Source of the DNA: Atractiella rhizophila
Taxonomy: Eukaryota
Direction of reading: 5' to 3'
DNA length: 22,103 bases
NCBI GenBank assembly: GCA_021432655.1
Contig: MU271356.1
Coordinates: 62,001-84,103 of the forward strand
Made by a program: the position numbers and the translations under genes
In this document: positions 20,818 through 22,103 of the stretch, one piece after another
Layout of the letters: every line of letters starts with the position of its first letter
Numbering within the stretch: the stretch's first letter is position 1
Notes under the pieces: generated by a model
Database searches by the model: none
What the model was told of the DNA's origin: nothing
The model's input: the letters and a program-made list of their open reading frames with translations, nothing else

Positions 20818-22009
20818 TAGGGATGGCTATCGGAGTCGAATCGTACCAGCTACGCCGGGTCCGATGGCCAGTCGTGTATCGATCGAAGACAAAAAAGGAC
20901 CACGACTTACGATTCGATACGAGTACGGCTCCCAAGGCGTATCGAATCGCCAGCGTGTGGATTTTACGACTACGATACGATACACGATTCCATGCGCACG
21001 TTTTTGGGGGAACGGCACTAATAGTAAGCTGTTCACATCACTCTCAGCTGCATGTGCTTACAGTCCTCAGCCCCAAGGCTGCTGTCCGCCGCCAGCATAT
21101 AAATCCTCACTATCTTCTCCCCGTTGACGTCGCGCCACCATGGCAACACTGGACATTCTCGGGCTAGGAAAAGGTCAAGGACTTCAGTGGATATTGCGAA
21201 GAGGAACAACGAGGATGGGACTGCACTTAGCCAGTCCAAGAAGCGAAAGGATGAGGAGTCTGAGTGGGTCTTCTCTCCTTACAATGGATGCTTGTTGATT
21301 GACATTGCACACAGACACCAAAAGATAAGCGGAGTTCGAAGCCATGCAAGAAGTCGATCATTACATGAAGCAGCCACAACTCCCTGCTTCGGTCATATCT
21401 TCGAATTGTGAAAGCTTCAATCGACTGCCTCGCTGCCCGCATGGTCTCGGATGGCAAGAGACATGCTCTCCATCCCTAGTTTGTCCTCTGCCTCTCCTCT
21501 ACTATGTTTAGATTTGATAACTTCAAACGGTGCGCTGTTGGTGTGGAACGGGTATTTTCAGATGCAAGGGACACAATCGGCGTCCGAAAACATCGTTTAA
21601 AGCCTCCACTATTCGTCTGCTGATCATTACGAAGGCTAAGCTTAGGTTAGATCGGACAAGAGAGAGGATGGAGCTGTTGAGGAAGCTGGAAGGAGCTGAA
21701 AAGATGCACGAGATGCAGGTTCTGGCCGAAGCACAGAGCTGAAGTTTGTCTTTACCATAACCATCTTGTATTTCATTTCATAATGCAATTTACACAGGCA
21801 ATTACTGTCTATTAAAAGAGAATCGTCGTCAGTCACCTTCCAGCAACCTGTACTGCCGATCGACCTACGACGCCGAAATCGTATCGGAGGCTATATCGAA
21901 CGAAGCTGATTTTGAGCTACGACTACCGATACGATACGACTACGACTTATAAGCCGCCACGAATCGACCAGGGCCTCTCCGATACGATACGATTCGATAG
22001 CCATCCCTA
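20818..22009 (+). mobile_element. Non-autonomous hAT-superfamily DNA transposon (Ds-like deletion derivative), 1192 bp
   Basis: Perfect 15-bp TIRs TAGGGATGGCTATCG (20818-20832 and reverse complement 21995-22009), 8-bp TSD, subterminal CGATA/TACGA repeats, and an internal hAT dimerization-domain remnant. Confidence 0.95.
21140..21742 (+). pseudogene. Internally deleted, degenerate hAT transposase (probable N-terminal stub plus C-terminal dimerization domain)
   Basis: Across frames: EVDHYMKQP...IFEL*KLQ...LPAWSRMARDMLSIP (21451-21477) | AVGVERVFS (VERVFS 21543-21560) DARDTIGVRKHRL-K-ASTIRLLII. This matches the hATC pattern LA..ARD.LSIP.SS...ER.FS. Contains stops and frameshifts. Confidence 0.85.
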
Positions 22010-22017
22010 AGTTCGGG
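22010..22017 (+). repeat. Right target-site duplication AGTTCGGG
   Basis: Identical to 20810-20817. Confidence 0.95.
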
Positions 22018-22103
22018 GTGAGTAATTGCTATTCACTCTATTTTATGGACTTGGTTAGTAGTACATTCTGCTTTGATTTGAGGCTGAGTACTGAGGCAAC
22101 AAT

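Noticed and set aside
20783..21167. ORFs of 114 aa overlapping the left transposon end
   Set aside because: They run through TIR and subterminal repeats, and one crosses the TSD. No recognisable protein features.
21470..21478. Internal CCATCCCTA matching the last 9 nt of the right TIR
   Set aside because: It falls in the S-I-P codons of the transposase remnant, does not extend further, and is not followed by the TSD.
20833..21994. CRISPR-like or telomeric repeat array
   Set aside because: The repeats are irregular 5-6-mers without spacers, explained as hAT subterminal motifs in a eukaryotic context.

Overview
Intron-rich fungal genomic DNA, most consistent with a basidiomycete (introns mostly about 45-85 nt; this is inference). 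Order along the window: DPH1 (-); an unresolved orphan ORF (-); a probable Apc13/Swm1-like gene (+); a decayed paralog fragment followed by an F-box gene (-); an ARO8-type PLP aminotransferase (+) with a 578-nt first intron and four frameshifts; a URH1-type nucleoside hydrolase (+); a GDP-fucose-type nucleotide-sugar transporter (-), divergent from meiotic MSH5 (+, at least 19 introns, three with non-GT donors); a Baeyer-Villiger-type flavin monooxygenase (-); and a 1192-bp non-autonomous hAT transposon with both ends intact (15-bp perfect TIRs, 8-bp TSD, subterminal repeats, deleted transposase) 347 bp upstream of the monooxygenase. Gene models were spliced by eye and no database searches were run. 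I see no firmly supportable new multi-gene system. The best leads are the Ds-like hAT element, the non-canonical splice donors in MSH5, and the frameshifted aminotransferase with its long intron.
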